A stretch of 42,392 nucleotides of DNA from an archaeon (GCA_024278985.1 JAJRSC010000018.1:1-42392); one strand, 5' to 3'; shown: positions 1 through 10,641, numbered from the stretch's first letter. Made by a program: numbers and translations. Notes: generated by a model not told the origin, from the sequence alone.

Positions 1-624
1 ATAGGGACATTAATAATATTCATAGCGATGGTATTAGTAGCAGCAGTAGCTGCAGCAGTATTAATTAATACAAGTGGTTTCCTCCAACAAAAAGCTATGG
101 CTACAGGTAAAGAATCAACTGAACAAGTCGCTAGTGGATTAGATGTCATGCAAGTTTTAGGAATCCACAACTCTACCGATATTAATTATTTAGCAATCTA
201 TATAACACCAAACGCAGGAAGTGCTCCAATCGATTTAAGCCAAGCTACTGTTATGTTAGCATCTAAAGATAAAAAAATTATATTAAAATTAAATGAAAGT
301 GCGTTTACAAGTAAAACAGACTTTGAAGCTACTGGACAAATCAATGATTTAAAATTAACTGCATGGACTGGAGCAACTGCAGGTAGATTTGGAATTATTG
401 TTATAAGAGATGACGACAACTCCTGCAGTTCTGGAAATACACCAGTTATTAACAAAGGAGATATTGTAGCATTAACTGTTAATTTAACTGCAAATGACAT
501 GTCATTACTTCCAAGAACTCCAGTAACTGGTTCAGTAGTTCCAGAATTTGGAGCACCAGGAGTTATACAATTCACAACTCCAGCTACATACTTAGATACT
601 CAGACAGTAGTTCAATTACAATAA
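1..624 (+). CDS. flaB: archaellin (archaeal flagellin), 5'-truncated by the window edge
   Basis: Frame is open from base 1 (IGTLIIFIAMVLVAAVAAAVLINTSGFLQQKA), the conserved archaellin N-terminal helix; C-terminal PEFGAPG..F.TP..Y motif. Confidence 0.95.
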   Translation: MGTLIIFIAMVLVAAVAAAVLINTSGFLQQKAMATGKESTEQVASGLDVMQVLGIHNSTDINYLAIYITPNAGSAPIDLSQATVMLASKDKKIILKLNESAFTSKTDFEATGQINDLKLTAWTGATAGRFGIIVIRDDDNSCSSGNTPVINKGDIVALTVNLTANDMSLLPRTPVTGSVVPEFGAPGVIQFTTPATYLDTQTVVQLQ

Positions 625-702
625 AAATCTTTTTATAATTTTTTTTTAGAAAGATAGATAAGATAGTAGAAATTACAAAATATAATTTTTTGGTGATGTT
701 AA

Positions 703-1380
703 ATGTTTATCAAGAGTAAAAGAGGGGCTATTGGGATAGGAACATTAATAATATTTATTGCATTAGTATTAGTCGCTTCAATAGCAGCAGCGGTTATAAT
801 AAATACTGCTGCTAATCTCCAACATAAAGCTGCAAGAGTTGGACAAGAATCAACTAAACAAGTAGCAAGTGGAATTCAAGTTCTTAAAGTTGTTGGATAC
901 ACTCCCGATAAATCACAAATTACCAAAATGTTGATAATAGTATCCCCTAATGTAGGTGATGAAATCGATTTAAGTACTCTAGTAGTTACACTATCAAATG
1001 GTGTTAAAAAAGTATCAATGGTTTATTTGAATAGTTCTTATTTATACACTCCTGCTATGGATGGATTAAACGGCTTATTTACCTCAACAACTGCCAATGA
1101 TAGTGTTTGGACTCCATTAAGTGAAGCTATTACTGATGATAAGGCTTATTTCGGAATTATTGTATTACAAGATGGAGATGGCTCTTTAAATAATAGTGCT
1201 CATCCAACAGCAAACTTTGGGGATAAAGTCGCTTTAGCTGTAGATTTATCTGCTATAAAAATGCCAATAACTCCAAGAGAAAAAGTTTATGGAGAAGTTA
1301 TTCCTGAATATGGAGCTTCTGGAATTATTGAGTTTTATGCTCCATCAACATTTACTAATAATATAATACCTCTCCAATAA
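703..1380 (+). CDS. flaB: archaellin, FlaB3-like minor subunit
   Basis: Class III signal peptide MFIKSKRG/AIGIGTLIIFIA; PEYGASGIIEF motif; GGTGA RBS upstream. Confidence 0.93.
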   Translation: MFIKSKRGAIGIGTLIIFIALVLVASIAAAVIINTAANLQHKAARVGQESTKQVASGIQVLKVVGYTPDKSQITKMLIIVSPNVGDEIDLSTLVVTLSNGVKKVSMVYLNSSYLYTPAMDGLNGLFTSTTANDSVWTPLSEAITDDKAYFGIIVLQDGDGSLNNSAHPTANFGDKVALAVDLSAIKMPITPREKVYGEVIPEYGASGIIEFYAPSTFTNNIIPLQ

Positions 1381-1412
1381 ACACTTATTAATTAAATTTT
1401 TTGGGGATAATT

Positions 1413-1993
1413 ATGGGTATTAAAGATATTCTTAATTCAATAAAAGAAAAACTTTCTAAACTTAAAAAAAAAAAGAGGATGAAGAGGATGTAACTCTTGA
1501 AGAGCCTATAATTGAGGAAATTGAGGGAGATGACAGATTTGAAGAATTGGAAAGAACTATAAGAGAACTTTCTGAAACTACTGAAAACTTAATGAATAAA
1601 GTTAATGATATTGAATCAAGATTACCAAGGTTTGAAGCTATATTAAATAGTTTAAGAAAAGAAAATGAAATGCTAAGAATGGAAATTAATAAAATTAATG
1701 AAAATTTACAAGATATCATGGCTTTGTATGAAGTAGTATCTAATCAAATTAATCCATTTATTGGAGTTTCAAAAATTACTGCTACAAGTTTAGAAAAACT
1801 TGAAAGATTAGAATCTGAATATAAAAGATTAAGAAAACTTGTGGAGGAAATGACCAATGATTTGATGATATTAGGGTCTTTATATTTATCTCAGTTAAAT
1901 ATAGATTTGGAAAAAATTATTGAGGATGTCCTTGAAGAGGAAATTATAAAATCTATATCTGGGGATAAAGATGACACAGAAAGAAATAAATGA
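1413..1993 (+). CDS. flaC: archaellum accessory protein FlaC, frame interrupted at an A11 tract (1464-1474)
   Basis: RBS-preceded ATG at 1413 (MGIKDILNSIKEKLSKLKKK) joins the 1547..1993 frame if one A is added; conserved LYEVVSNQINPF motif; operon position. Confidence 0.85.
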
Positions 1994-3011
1994 AACAATT
2001 TCAGTACTTGAGGATGAAGAATTTTTAACTGATGATGAAATTGAGGAATATTTAAATAATCTTAAAAATAAACTTCCCTCATTTGTTATTCTTCTATTAA
2101 AAAATAATTTAAGAGGAAAAAAAGTTACTAAAAGACAATTAGATAGAATTGTTGAAAGAATATCAGAAGTATTAACAAGAGGTAAAGAAGATAAAACTGA
2201 AGAATTGACTAAAAAACTACAATCTTTAGAGCAAAAGTTAGATACAATAATGAAATTAACAACAGTTGCAGTATCTTCAAAATTGTCAGAGGAATTAGAA
2301 AGTGTTGAGGAAACTCCAGAAATTGTTAAAGAATCTATAGATACATCTAAAGAAGTTTCCAAAAAAGATATTAGTAGTGTTAAAGTAGAATCTGTTGAAG
2401 CAGAAGAACCTATAACTATATCTGAGGCTCCTAAAGAGAGTATTATTGAAACTCCTAAAGAGGAATCTGAAAAAATTGAAGAAGAGTTAAAAGAAGAAGC
2501 AATTAGTGAGGCTCCTTCTGAGGAAATGTATAAAGAAGGTTTTGAAGAGAAAGAATTCACTGAAGGTTACGAATTATCTAAAGAAATAAAAGAAATATCT
2601 GAAATGGGTGAGGTTAAGGGTGAGGATATGTTTGAAGAAGAAAAGAAATATAGATTAAACGATTTTCCAGAAGACCCTGTTTATATAGCATTAGCATTTA
2701 AATGGTTAGAATTTTTAGTTAATAGAGTAGGTATGTCTAATTTGCCAGATATTTTAGACTACTATAATAAAATAGGATGGATATCTAATAAAGTAGTTTT
2801 AAAGTTATTAAGATTAGCTAAAAACTTAAGAATTATGATTAATGTTGAAGAGATTAAACCAAGAGACAAATTAACCCCAAGTGAGCATATAACATCATTG
2901 TTATATATTGAAAAATTAGCCAATAGACCAATAGACCCCGAAACATTAGAGTTATTGGAAATTGAATTAAGAAGAATTAAAAAATGGGTCTTAGAATTAC
3001 AAACAATTTAA
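1971..3011 (+). CDS. flaD: archaellum accessory protein FlaD
   Basis: C-terminal FlaD/E domain (KWLEFLV...LDYYNKIGWIS...H..SLLYIE), long acidic linker, operon position. Confidence 0.9.
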   Translation: MTQKEINETISVLEDEEFLTDDEIEEYLNNLKNKLPSFVILLLKNNLRGKKVTKRQLDRIVERISEVLTRGKEDKTEELTKKLQSLEQKLDTIMKLTTVAVSSKLSEELESVEETPEIVKESIDTSKEVSKKDISSVKVESVEAEEPITISEAPKESIIETPKEESEKIEEELKEEAISEAPSEEMYKEGFEEKEFTEGYELSKEIKEISEMGEVKGEDMFEEEKKYRLNDFPEDPVYIALAFKWLEFLVNRVGMSNLPDILDYYNKIGWISNKVVLKLLRLAKNLRIMINVEEIKPRDKLTPSEHITSLLYIEKLANRPIDPETLELLEIELRRIKKWVLELQTI

Positions 3012-3025
3012 GGAGGGGATATTTT

Positions 3026-3424
3026 ATGGAACCTTCAGTAACTCAATTATTAGAAATCCATAGACCTGCTAAACTTAATGATATTCCTGATACTCCAGAA
3101 GGGATTATATTAACATTAAAATGGATTGAATATTTAGCTGAAAAAGTAGGAACAGAAAATGTACCTGATGTATTAGAATTTTATTATATGTTAGGTTGGT
3201 TGGGAGAAAAAGCATTAGCAAAATTATTAAAATATCTTAAGGGAATAAGAGTAGATGAGGAAGTTGTAGATAATTCAGGAAAACTAAGTTTAGCAGACCA
3301 TATAATCTCTTTGTTAATAATAGAAAGATTAAATGGTAAGCAAATATCTGCTGAGTTATTAGATAAAATAGAATGGGAATTAAGAAAAATTAAGAAGGGG
3401 GCTGAACAATTTTATGGGATTTAG
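3026..3424 (+). CDS. flaE: archaellum accessory protein FlaE
   Basis: FlaD/E domain (KWIEYL...LEFYYMLGWLG...DHIISL); start moved to ATG 3026 downstream of the GGAGG RBS. Confidence 0.9.
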   Translation: MEPSVTQLLEIHRPAKLNDIPDTPEGIILTLKWIEYLAEKVGTENVPDVLEFYYMLGWLGEKALAKLLKYLKGIRVDEEVVDNSGKLSLADHIISLLIIERLNGKQISAELLDKIEWELRKIKKGAEQFYGI

Positions 3425-3818
3425 TTCCGTTATTGGATTTACTGTTATAATTATTGGAATTCTAATCGCTGGGGCATATATTTATACAACAACAGAAAGT
3501 CAATTTAATCAATTATATAACTCTTTAGATTACTTTTATAATCATATAAACAGTAAGATACATGAGAAAGTTGTTATAACTAATGTGGTCTCTACTGCAA
3601 CACAAACAAATATAACTATTTATAATAACGGCTCAACAGTTTTAGATCTGTATAAATTTACAATATTGTTTGATGGCGATATAGTCCCATGGAGTAATAT
3701 ATCAGTAAGTCAGCACTATTTAGCCCCTCTTTCATCAGCAAAATTTGTTATTAATTGGTCACAACCTAAAAGAATATGTATAATATCTAATACAGGAAAT
3801 AAATATTATTATGGATAA
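3414..3818 (+). CDS. flaF: archaellum stator protein FlaF
   Basis: MGFSS N-terminus plus TM helix, N.GS..L and DG motifs, operon position. Confidence 0.9.
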   Translation: MGFSSVIGFTVIIIGILIAGAYIYTTTESQFNQLYNSLDYFYNHINSKIHEKVVITNVVSTATQTNITIYNNGSTVLDLYKFTILFDGDIVPWSNISVSQHYLAPLSSAKFVINWSQPKRICIISNTGNKYYYG

Positions 3819-3831
3819 GTGGTGATTTTTA

Positions 3832-4275
3832 TTGGCATCAAATGCATTATCTGAGATTGTATTATTTGTTGCTGTATTGTTAATTGCGGGATTGGTTGTT
3901 AGTGTATTAATGGTTTCAAGTTATAAAATATCATTAAATTTAGAAAAAAAAGGAAATTCTTTAGCTGAAAAATTGTCTCAAGATTTTATCATTGCAAATG
4001 ACCCAAATAGTATTCCAAGAGACCCTACTTTAGGAATAACAACATTGTATATAAAAAATACAGGAAAAGATCCGATTATAATGTCTACATCTACCTTTAC
4101 AGTAGTTATTGATGGTAATATTGTTCAAATTACTGGGGTATCTCCAGATAATCAATATCTATATCCTGGACAAGTTGGAATAATTAATGTTTCATATAAT
4201 ACATCAGGTTGGCATAGAATTAGAGTAGTTTCTGATGTAGGAATTACAATAGAGATTATTGGGTATATTACCTAA
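3832..4275 (+). CDS. flaG: archaellum stator protein FlaG
   Basis: MAS..SEIVLFVA N-terminal TM, I.NDP and YIKNTG motifs; TTG start after GGTGA. Confidence 0.92.
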   Translation: MASNALSEIVLFVAVLLIAGLVVSVLMVSSYKISLNLEKKGNSLAEKLSQDFIIANDPNSIPRDPTLGITTLYIKNTGKDPIIMSTSTFTVVIDGNIVQITGVSPDNQYLYPGQVGIINVSYNTSGWHRIRVVSDVGITIEIIGYIT

Positions 4276-4286
4276 AGGTGTTTAAA

Positions 4287-4979
4287 ATGGAAATTGCAAA
4301 AATTGAGCTAAGTAGAGATGATTTAGATAAAAGAATTGGAGGGGGAATTCCATATGGAAGTTTAGTTGTAATTGAAGGTGAAGAAAGTTCTGGTAAATCT
4401 GTTTTATGTCAAAGATTAGCATATGGATTTTTACAAAATAGACATTCTGTTACCTATATCTCAACACAATTAACTACTTTGGAATTTATAAGACAGATGG
4501 AATCATTAGACTATAAAATTAATAAAAAATTATTATCAGGAGCTTTATTATACATTCCTGTATATCCATTAATTGCAGATAATAAAAAGAAAGATGGTTT
4601 TTTAAAAAAAGTTATGGAAACAAGAGTATTTTATGAGAAAGATGTTATTATTTTTGATTCATTATCTTCTTTAATAGCTAATGATGCAAGTGAAGTAAGT
4701 GTTAATGACTTAATGGCATTTTTTAAAAGAATTGTTGCTTTAAAAAAAATTATAATTTGCACTATTAATCCTAAAGAATTAAGTGAAGAAGTTTTAACAA
4801 TTATTAGGTCTTCAGCAACTCTTTTAATTAAAACTGAAGTTTTTGAATTTGCAGGTAAAATAAAAAATTTAGCAAAAATTTTAAAATATAATATGGCTCC
4901 AGGAGTCTATCAAAAACAAATAGTATTTAGAGTAGAACCTAAAATTGGTATTGCTGTGGAAATTGCTTCAATTGCTTAA
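4287..4979 (+). CDS. flaH: archaellum RecA/KaiC-like ATP-binding protein FlaH
   Basis: GGGIP, Walker A GEESSGKS, IIFDSLS, C-terminal FRVEP..G; ATG 4287 preferred over GTG 4278. Confidence 0.95.
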   Translation: MEIAKIELSRDDLDKRIGGGIPYGSLVVIEGEESSGKSVLCQRLAYGFLQNRHSVTYISTQLTTLEFIRQMESLDYKINKKLLSGALLYIPVYPLIADNKKKDGFLKKVMETRVFYEKDVIIFDSLSSLIANDASEVSVNDLMAFFKRIVALKKIIICTINPKELSEEVLTIIRSSATLLIKTEVFEFAGKIKNLAKILKYNMAPGVYQKQIVFRVEPKIGIAVEIASIA

Positions 4980-4999
4980 AATTTATTTTTGGTGATTTT

Positions 5000-6643
5000 A
5001 TGAGTGAAGCAGAACTAAGAGAAGCAATGAATAGAAATCCCCATTTAAGGAAATATATAGAAAACTTTAAGAGAATTTATTTAAAAATACCAGATTTTTT
5101 AACAGTTCTCTCAAGAGAGTTAAAAGAAATTAAATATCCTAATATTATATATCCTATTGGGGACCCAATTTTTATACATATATTTGGAACTCCTGAAACA
5201 AGAACTAAGTATATAGTTATAGAGCCAAAATTAGAAACTCCTGAAGAGAAATTTAAATATAGGTTAATATTAGACAGAATTTTAGAATTAGCTCCTTATG
5301 AAGACACTCCTAGAAGTCCTGAAGAATTTGAAGAGATTATTATTAGATTATTTAATAGATGTACAAAAGTAGTTGAAGAAATTCCAGAAAAAACTTTTTT
5401 TAAAAAAATTATTGGATATGTAGATACAAGAGTCGAAATAACTCCAAGTGAAAGAGAAAAATATCTTTATCTTCTAAAGAGAGATTTAATAGGTTTAGGT
5501 ACTCTTGAACCAATATCAAGAGACCCATATTTAGAAGATATTCATGTCATTGGGCCAAAAAATTGTCATGTTGTTCATAAAATATTTGGTATGCTTCCCA
5601 CAAATATTACTTGGGAAGATGAGGTAGAACTTGCCAATTATTTAAAAAATCTTGGAGAAAGAATGGGTAGACCTGTCTCAGATGCTCATCCAATTGTTGA
5701 TGGGGCACTTCCAGATGGTTCAAGAATTAACATAGTTTATTCTACAGATGTCTCTCCAAAAGGTCCATCATTTACTATTAGGAAATTTACAGATGTTCCT
5801 ATTAGTGTTACACAATTAATTAGTTGGGGTACATTTTCTACAGAAATTGCAGCTTATTTATGGTTATGTTTGGAATATGGTATGAGTATTTTTATTTGTG
5901 GAGAAACAGCATCAGGAAAAACAACAACTTTAAATGCTATACTTCCATTTATTAAACCTGACTCTAAAATATTCTCATGTGAGGATACTCCAGAAGTTAA
6001 GCCACCTCATCCAGTATGGCAGCAATTAATTACAAGAGAAAGAGGGCCAGAAGAAAGTAGAGTTACATTATTTGACTTATTAAGAGCTGCTTTAAGGTCA
6101 AGACCTAACTATATTATAGTTGGAGAAATTAGAAGTGTCGAGGCAGCTGTTGCATTCCAAGCTATGCAAACAGGTCACCCAGTTCTTTCAACTTTCCACG
6201 CAGCAAATGTTAGAAAAATGATTCAAAGATTAAGCGGAGAACCAATAAATGTACCATTAACTTTTATGGATAACTTAAATGTAGCATTATTCCAATTAGC
6301 AGTTTATCAAAGAGGTAAAGTTTTAAGAAGAGTAGTTACAATCGAAGAAATAGAAGGGTACTATAAAGAAGTTGATGGGGTTATAACAAGAGGAGTTTTC
6401 CAATGGGAGCCTGATAAAGATAGACATGTATTTACTGGAAAAAATAATAGTTACATACTTGAAGAAAAAATTGCTAAAGCTGCAGGATATGAAGATGTTA
6501 GGGATATATATAATGAATTGGAATTAAGGGCTAAAATATTAGATGAAATGATAGCCCATGAGATATTTGATTATTATCAAGTAAGAGACATTATCTGGAC
6601 ATTTTATGAGAAAGGTTTAGAAGGATTACCATTTACCATTTAG
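5000..6643 (+). CDS. flaI: archaellum motor ATPase FlaI
   Basis: Walker A GETASGKT, RSRPNYIIVGEIR, QTGH..TFHA secretion-ATPase motifs. Confidence 0.97.
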   Translation: MSEAELREAMNRNPHLRKYIENFKRIYLKIPDFLTVLSRELKEIKYPNIIYPIGDPIFIHIFGTPETRTKYIVIEPKLETPEEKFKYRLILDRILELAPYEDTPRSPEEFEEIIIRLFNRCTKVVEEIPEKTFFKKIIGYVDTRVEITPSEREKYLYLLKRDLIGLGTLEPISRDPYLEDIHVIGPKNCHVVHKIFGMLPTNITWEDEVELANYLKNLGERMGRPVSDAHPIVDGALPDGSRINIVYSTDVSPKGPSFTIRKFTDVPISVTQLISWGTFSTEIAAYLWLCLEYGMSIFICGETASGKTTTLNAILPFIKPDSKIFSCEDTPEVKPPHPVWQQLITRERGPEESRVTLFDLLRAALRSRPNYIIVGEIRSVEAAVAFQAMQTGHPVLSTFHAANVRKMIQRLSGEPINVPLTFMDNLNVALFQLAVYQRGKVLRRVVTIEEIEGYYKEVDGVITRGVFQWEPDKDRHVFTGKNNSYILEEKIAKAAGYEDVRDIYNELELRAKILDEMIAHEIFDYYQVRDIIWTFYEKGLEGLPFTI

Positions 6644-6661
6644 ATTTTTTTTGGTGGGATT

Positions 6662-8338
6662 GTGATTCATTTACTTCAAAGAATTGGGTGGAAGCCAAGA
6701 GAGTATGTATTAAAAGTTTTACTCCCTGCATTTATTGTCTCAATTATACTTATAATTATAGGTATTAAATTTTTTAGTGGTTATTTGTTATATTTCTATT
6801 TATTGTTACCATTGTTAATTATCGGTAGTGCTTTAGGTTATCCATATATTATTTTGGACCAAAAAAGGACAAAAATCAATGAAAGATTACATATATTTAT
6901 ATCAAAATTTGGTACTCTCTCAATTACAGATTTAGATAGAAAAGAACTTCTAAAAATATTATCTGAAGAAAAAGAGGAGTTAGGAGAACTTGCTGAAGAG
7001 GCAAGAAAATTGTATGTTTTAGTTGATAAATGGGGAATGTCATTAGCAGAGGCCTGTAGATTTTTAGCAAATAGAACTCCAAGTAAAGAATTTTCAGATT
7101 TTTTAGATAGATTAGCTTATGCTGTTGATAGTGGAGAAGAACTTAAAGAATTTTTAATTAAAGAACAGGATATTGTTATGGATGATTTTGCAGCATTTTA
7201 TAAAAGAATGTTATATTCTTTAGATATGTATAAAGAGCTGTATGTTAGTGCTATGACATCATTAGCATTTTTCTTATCTTTTGCAATTTTAGTTCCTTTT
7301 TTATTACCATTTGATTTTATATTTATGACCACATTAGGATTGTTGGGATTTATTGGTGTTGAAAGTTTAATAATAATTTTAATAAAAAATAAATTAACAT
7401 TTGATAGATTATGGCATACTGGTAAAAAACCAACTGAAACAGACTTAAAATTAAGAAAATGGTTAATCATATCTATTATATTAACTATAATATGGTTTGG
7501 ATTCTTAATTTGGGCTAAATATATTGCATTAATAAAACCATTTTACAGTATTCCATATATGATTATTGTTGCATTAGGATTTACACCATTAGCAATTGCT
7601 GGGATAATTGCATACTTAGAAGAGGAAAAAGTTAAAAGAAAAGAATATGTATTTCCAGAATTTTTAAGGTCTTTAGGAGGTTCAGTAAGTGCAAAAGGAG
7701 GAGGGATGGTTGAATCCTTAGGATACCTTGCTAAACATGATTTTGGACCTTTAACAAGAGATATTCAAAGATTATATAAAAGACTGGCTTTAAGTATAAA
7801 TACAAATAAATCCTGGAGATATTTTGGATTTGAGTCTTGTAGTTATTTAATTCAACTTTTTTCAGATATGTTTTCAAGATGTATTTATTTTGGAGGAGAT
7901 GCTAAAACAGCATCTGAAATTATTAGTAACAACTTTCGTAAAATTGTTCAGTTAAGAAAATCAAAGTATCAAAATGTTCAGCAATTTGTTGGTGTTGTAT
8001 TTGGATTGGCAGCAGGAATTACATTAGCATTATATGCCTCTTTAGGGGTTGCAAATATGATTAACTATTTATATGGTTCTTTAAATATCCCAGAAACTGT
8101 TATTCAAATTATTAATGTTATGCCTGCAAGAAATTTAAGAATCGTTGAATATATTATATTTGCTACATTGGTAGCTTATTCAGCTATTTCAGGATATTTA
8201 ATTAAAATTATGGATGGAGGACATAAATATGTTGGAATACTTCATTTTATAATTACTTTATGGATTTGTGCAATTGTTGCATATCTAACAAAAATGCTTG
8301 TTGCAAAAGTATTAGGATTATCTGTTCCAGTATATTAA
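6662..8338 (+). CDS. flaJ: archaellum platform membrane protein FlaJ
   Basis: Polytopic membrane protein with two TadC/PilC-like domains, directly after flaI. Confidence 0.95.
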   Translation: MIHLLQRIGWKPREYVLKVLLPAFIVSIILIIIGIKFFSGYLLYFYLLLPLLIIGSALGYPYIILDQKRTKINERLHIFISKFGTLSITDLDRKELLKILSEEKEELGELAEEARKLYVLVDKWGMSLAEACRFLANRTPSKEFSDFLDRLAYAVDSGEELKEFLIKEQDIVMDDFAAFYKRMLYSLDMYKELYVSAMTSLAFFLSFAILVPFLLPFDFIFMTTLGLLGFIGVESLIIILIKNKLTFDRLWHTGKKPTETDLKLRKWLIISIILTIIWFGFLIWAKYIALIKPFYSIPYMIIVALGFTPLAIAGIIAYLEEEKVKRKEYVFPEFLRSLGGSVSAKGGGMVESLGYLAKHDFGPLTRDIQRLYKRLALSINTNKSWRYFGFESCSYLIQLFSDMFSRCIYFGGDAKTASEIISNNFRKIVQLRKSKYQNVQQFVGVVFGLAAGITLALYASLGVANMINYLYGSLNIPETVIQIINVMPARNLRIVEYIIFATLVAYSAISGYLIKIMDGGHKYVGILHFIITLWICAIVAYLTKMLVAKVLGLSVPVY

Positions 8339-8341
8339 TCA

Positions 8342-9394
8342 ATGATGATTATGGCAATAGATGATTTAATTTATAGAATAGCTATATTTTCATTATTTGC
8401 TATATTAGGTTTAATTTTAAGTTTTATAACTAATAAAATTTTAAAAAATATTCTAAAAAAATTAACATTAAAGACTAAAACAAAACTTGATGATATTTTA
8501 TATTCTTCTTTAGAATTGCCTATTTATATATTTATTATCTCTACCTTTATTTATTTTGGAATCTTCTTTTTACCTATTCAACAAAATATTTTAATTTTAA
8601 TAACAAATGGATATAAAGCTCTTACAATTATTTTATTTACTTTGTTTCTATACAAATTAGTAGATTCTATTATTAACTGTTATGTTGAGCCTTATATCAA
8701 AAAAACAGACTCAAAACTTGATGACCATATTATAGTACCATTAAAAAAACTTATAAAACTCTTAATTATCATTTTTGGAATACTATTTGCTTTAAGTTCT
8801 GTAGGATATGATATAACAGCTTTACTGGCAGGTTTAGGTATTGGAGGGTTAGCTATTGCTTTAGCTATGCAGGATGTTATCAAAAATTTTATTGCAGGAA
8901 TTTTAATATATGTTGATAAACCATTTATTATAGGTCATTGGATTAAGGTAGATAATTTTGAGGGGATTGTTGAGGAGATTGGGTTAAGGACTACAAAAAT
9001 TAGAAGTTTTGACTATTCTTTAATAATTGTTCCAAATTCTAAAATTTTAGAGGCAGAAATTGAAAATTTTTCAGTTAGGGACAGAAGGAGAGTTTTAGTA
9101 ACTATCGGATTAACATATTCAACACCTCCAGAAAAAATTAAAATGGCTATAGAGATTATAAAAAGAATAATAGAAGAGCATCCTGCCACTCTTCCACCAT
9201 ATAGAGTTCATTTTGTTGAATATGGAGATTGGTCTTTAAATTTAAGAGTTGAATATTATATAAGAAATATGGGATTTGATTATTATTTAAATGCTCTTAG
9301 TGATATTAATTTAAAAATAAAAGAAGAGTTTAATAAGAAAAATATAGAAATGGCATTTCCAACCTATTCAATATATATAGAAAAAGATAATTAA
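8342..9394 (+). CDS. mscS: small-conductance mechanosensitive channel (MscS/MscMJ family)
   Basis: GLGIGGLAIALA.QD..KN..AG, G.VEEIGLRTT.IR, VPNS and AFPT motifs. Confidence 0.93.
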   Translation: MMIMAIDDLIYRIAIFSLFAILGLILSFITNKILKNILKKLTLKTKTKLDDILYSSLELPIYIFIISTFIYFGIFFLPIQQNILILITNGYKALTIILFTLFLYKLVDSIINCYVEPYIKKTDSKLDDHIIVPLKKLIKLLIIIFGILFALSSVGYDITALLAGLGIGGLAIALAMQDVIKNFIAGILIYVDKPFIIGHWIKVDNFEGIVEEIGLRTTKIRSFDYSLIIVPNSKILEAEIENFSVRDRRRVLVTIGLTYSTPPEKIKMAIEIIKRIIEEHPATLPPYRVHFVEYGDWSLNLRVEYYIRNMGFDYYLNALSDINLKIKEEFNKKNIEMAFPTYSIYIEKDN

Positions 9395-10641
9395 AATTCA
9401 AAATCTAAATCTTCCAATCTTCTTTTAAATTCTTCTAAAACTAAATCTTCATATTTTTCTTCTGTTGTAGGATTTCCATTTTCATCTTTTGCAACAAAAC
9501 ATGCTGCCAATCTTAAATAACTTCCAGCATCATCCCATGGAACAGTTGAAATAAGTTTTTCTTTAATTAAAAATTGTGAAAAGTATTCAGCAGTTTTAAA
9601 TTCAATACCATTTACTTTTTTAGGTGACTTAACATATAAGTAGAATGTACCTCCTGGCATTTTTGCATTAAATCCAACATCATTTAAAATCTTAACCATT
9701 TTTCTTAATCTTCTTTCATATTTTTGTCTAACTCTTTCAGTAATCTCTGGATGCTTTAGACAGTATATTCCTGCCTTTTGAATAGGAATAAATTGACCAC
9801 TATCATAGTTATCTTTAACTGTTGCAAATGCCTTTATTAATAATTCATTTCCAACTAAAAAGGCCAACCTCCAACCAGTCATATTAAATGCCTTTGAGAA
9901 GCTATGAATTTCTAAACCAACCTCTTTAGCATCCTTTACAGATAAAAATGATAATGGTTTTCCATCATAAACTAATGCCCCATAAGCAGCATCATTTACA
10001 ACTATTATTTCATTCTCAAAGGCAAAATCAACAACTTCCTTATAAAATTTTTTTGTTGCCTGTGCCCCTGTTGGGTTATTTGGATAGTTTAAATATAATA
10101 ATTTAGCTTTTTTTAAGATATCTTTAGGGATTGATTCTAAATCTGGCAAAAAGTTATTTTCTTCTAATAGTGGGAGATTATAAACTTTACCTCCATACCA
10201 CTCTGTATGTGTAGCCATAACAGGATAACCTGGAACAGTCATGAGCATAACATCTCCAGGATTTATAAATGCAGATGGCAAATATGCCAAGGCACTTTTT
10301 GAACCAATTGAGTGTATGACCTCATTCACAGGGTCAATATCTTTAACACCATAAACCTTTTCCAGATATTCAGGAACAGCATCTTTTAATTCCTGAATTC
10401 CATTGTCAGCATATCCTCTATTTTCCCACTTTTGAGCTTCTTTATATAAAACTTCTATAACCTCCTTATCAGCCATCTCATCAGGTTCTCCAACTCCCAT
10501 ATCAATTAATTCCATATCAGGATGTTTTTTCATAGCTTCCTGCTTAGCTCTTTTAATTTTTTCAAATTTATATATAACCTCTTCTTTTCCAAACTTTTTT
10601 CCTCCAATTCTTTCAGCAAATAAATTTTGTATGAAGCTCAT
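9391..10641 (-). CDS. dapL: LL-diaminopimelate aminotransferase (class I/II PLP enzyme)
   Basis: NYPNNPTG, NDAAY, HSFSKAFNMTGWR; N-terminal FAERIGG..FGK...YKFEKIK typical of the methanococcal DapL type. Confidence 0.85.
   Translation of the reverse strand: MSFIQNLFAERIGGKKFGKEEVIYKFEKIKRAKQEAMKKHPDMELIDMGVGEPDEMADKEVIEVLYKEAQKWENRGYADNGIQELKDAVPEYLEKVYGVKDIDPVNEVIHSIGSKSALAYLPSAFINPGDVMLMTVPGYPVMATHTEWYGGKVYNLPLLEENNFLPDLESIPKDILKKAKLLYLNYPNNPTGAQATKKFYKEVVDFAFENEIIVVNDAAYGALVYDGKPLSFLSVKDAKEVGLEIHSFSKAFNMTGWRLAFLVGNELLIKAFATVKDNYDSGQFIPIQKAGIYCLKHPEITERVRQKYERRLRKMVKILNDVGFNAKMPGGTFYLYVKSPKKVNGIEFKTAEYFSQFLIKEKLISTVPWDDAGSYLRLAACFVAKDENGNPTTEEKYEDLVLEEFKRRLEDLDFEF

Noticed and set aside
626-650. 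T-rich tract after the first flaB as a terminator
   Set aside because: Plausible attenuator, but T-tracts are too common here to call from sequence alone
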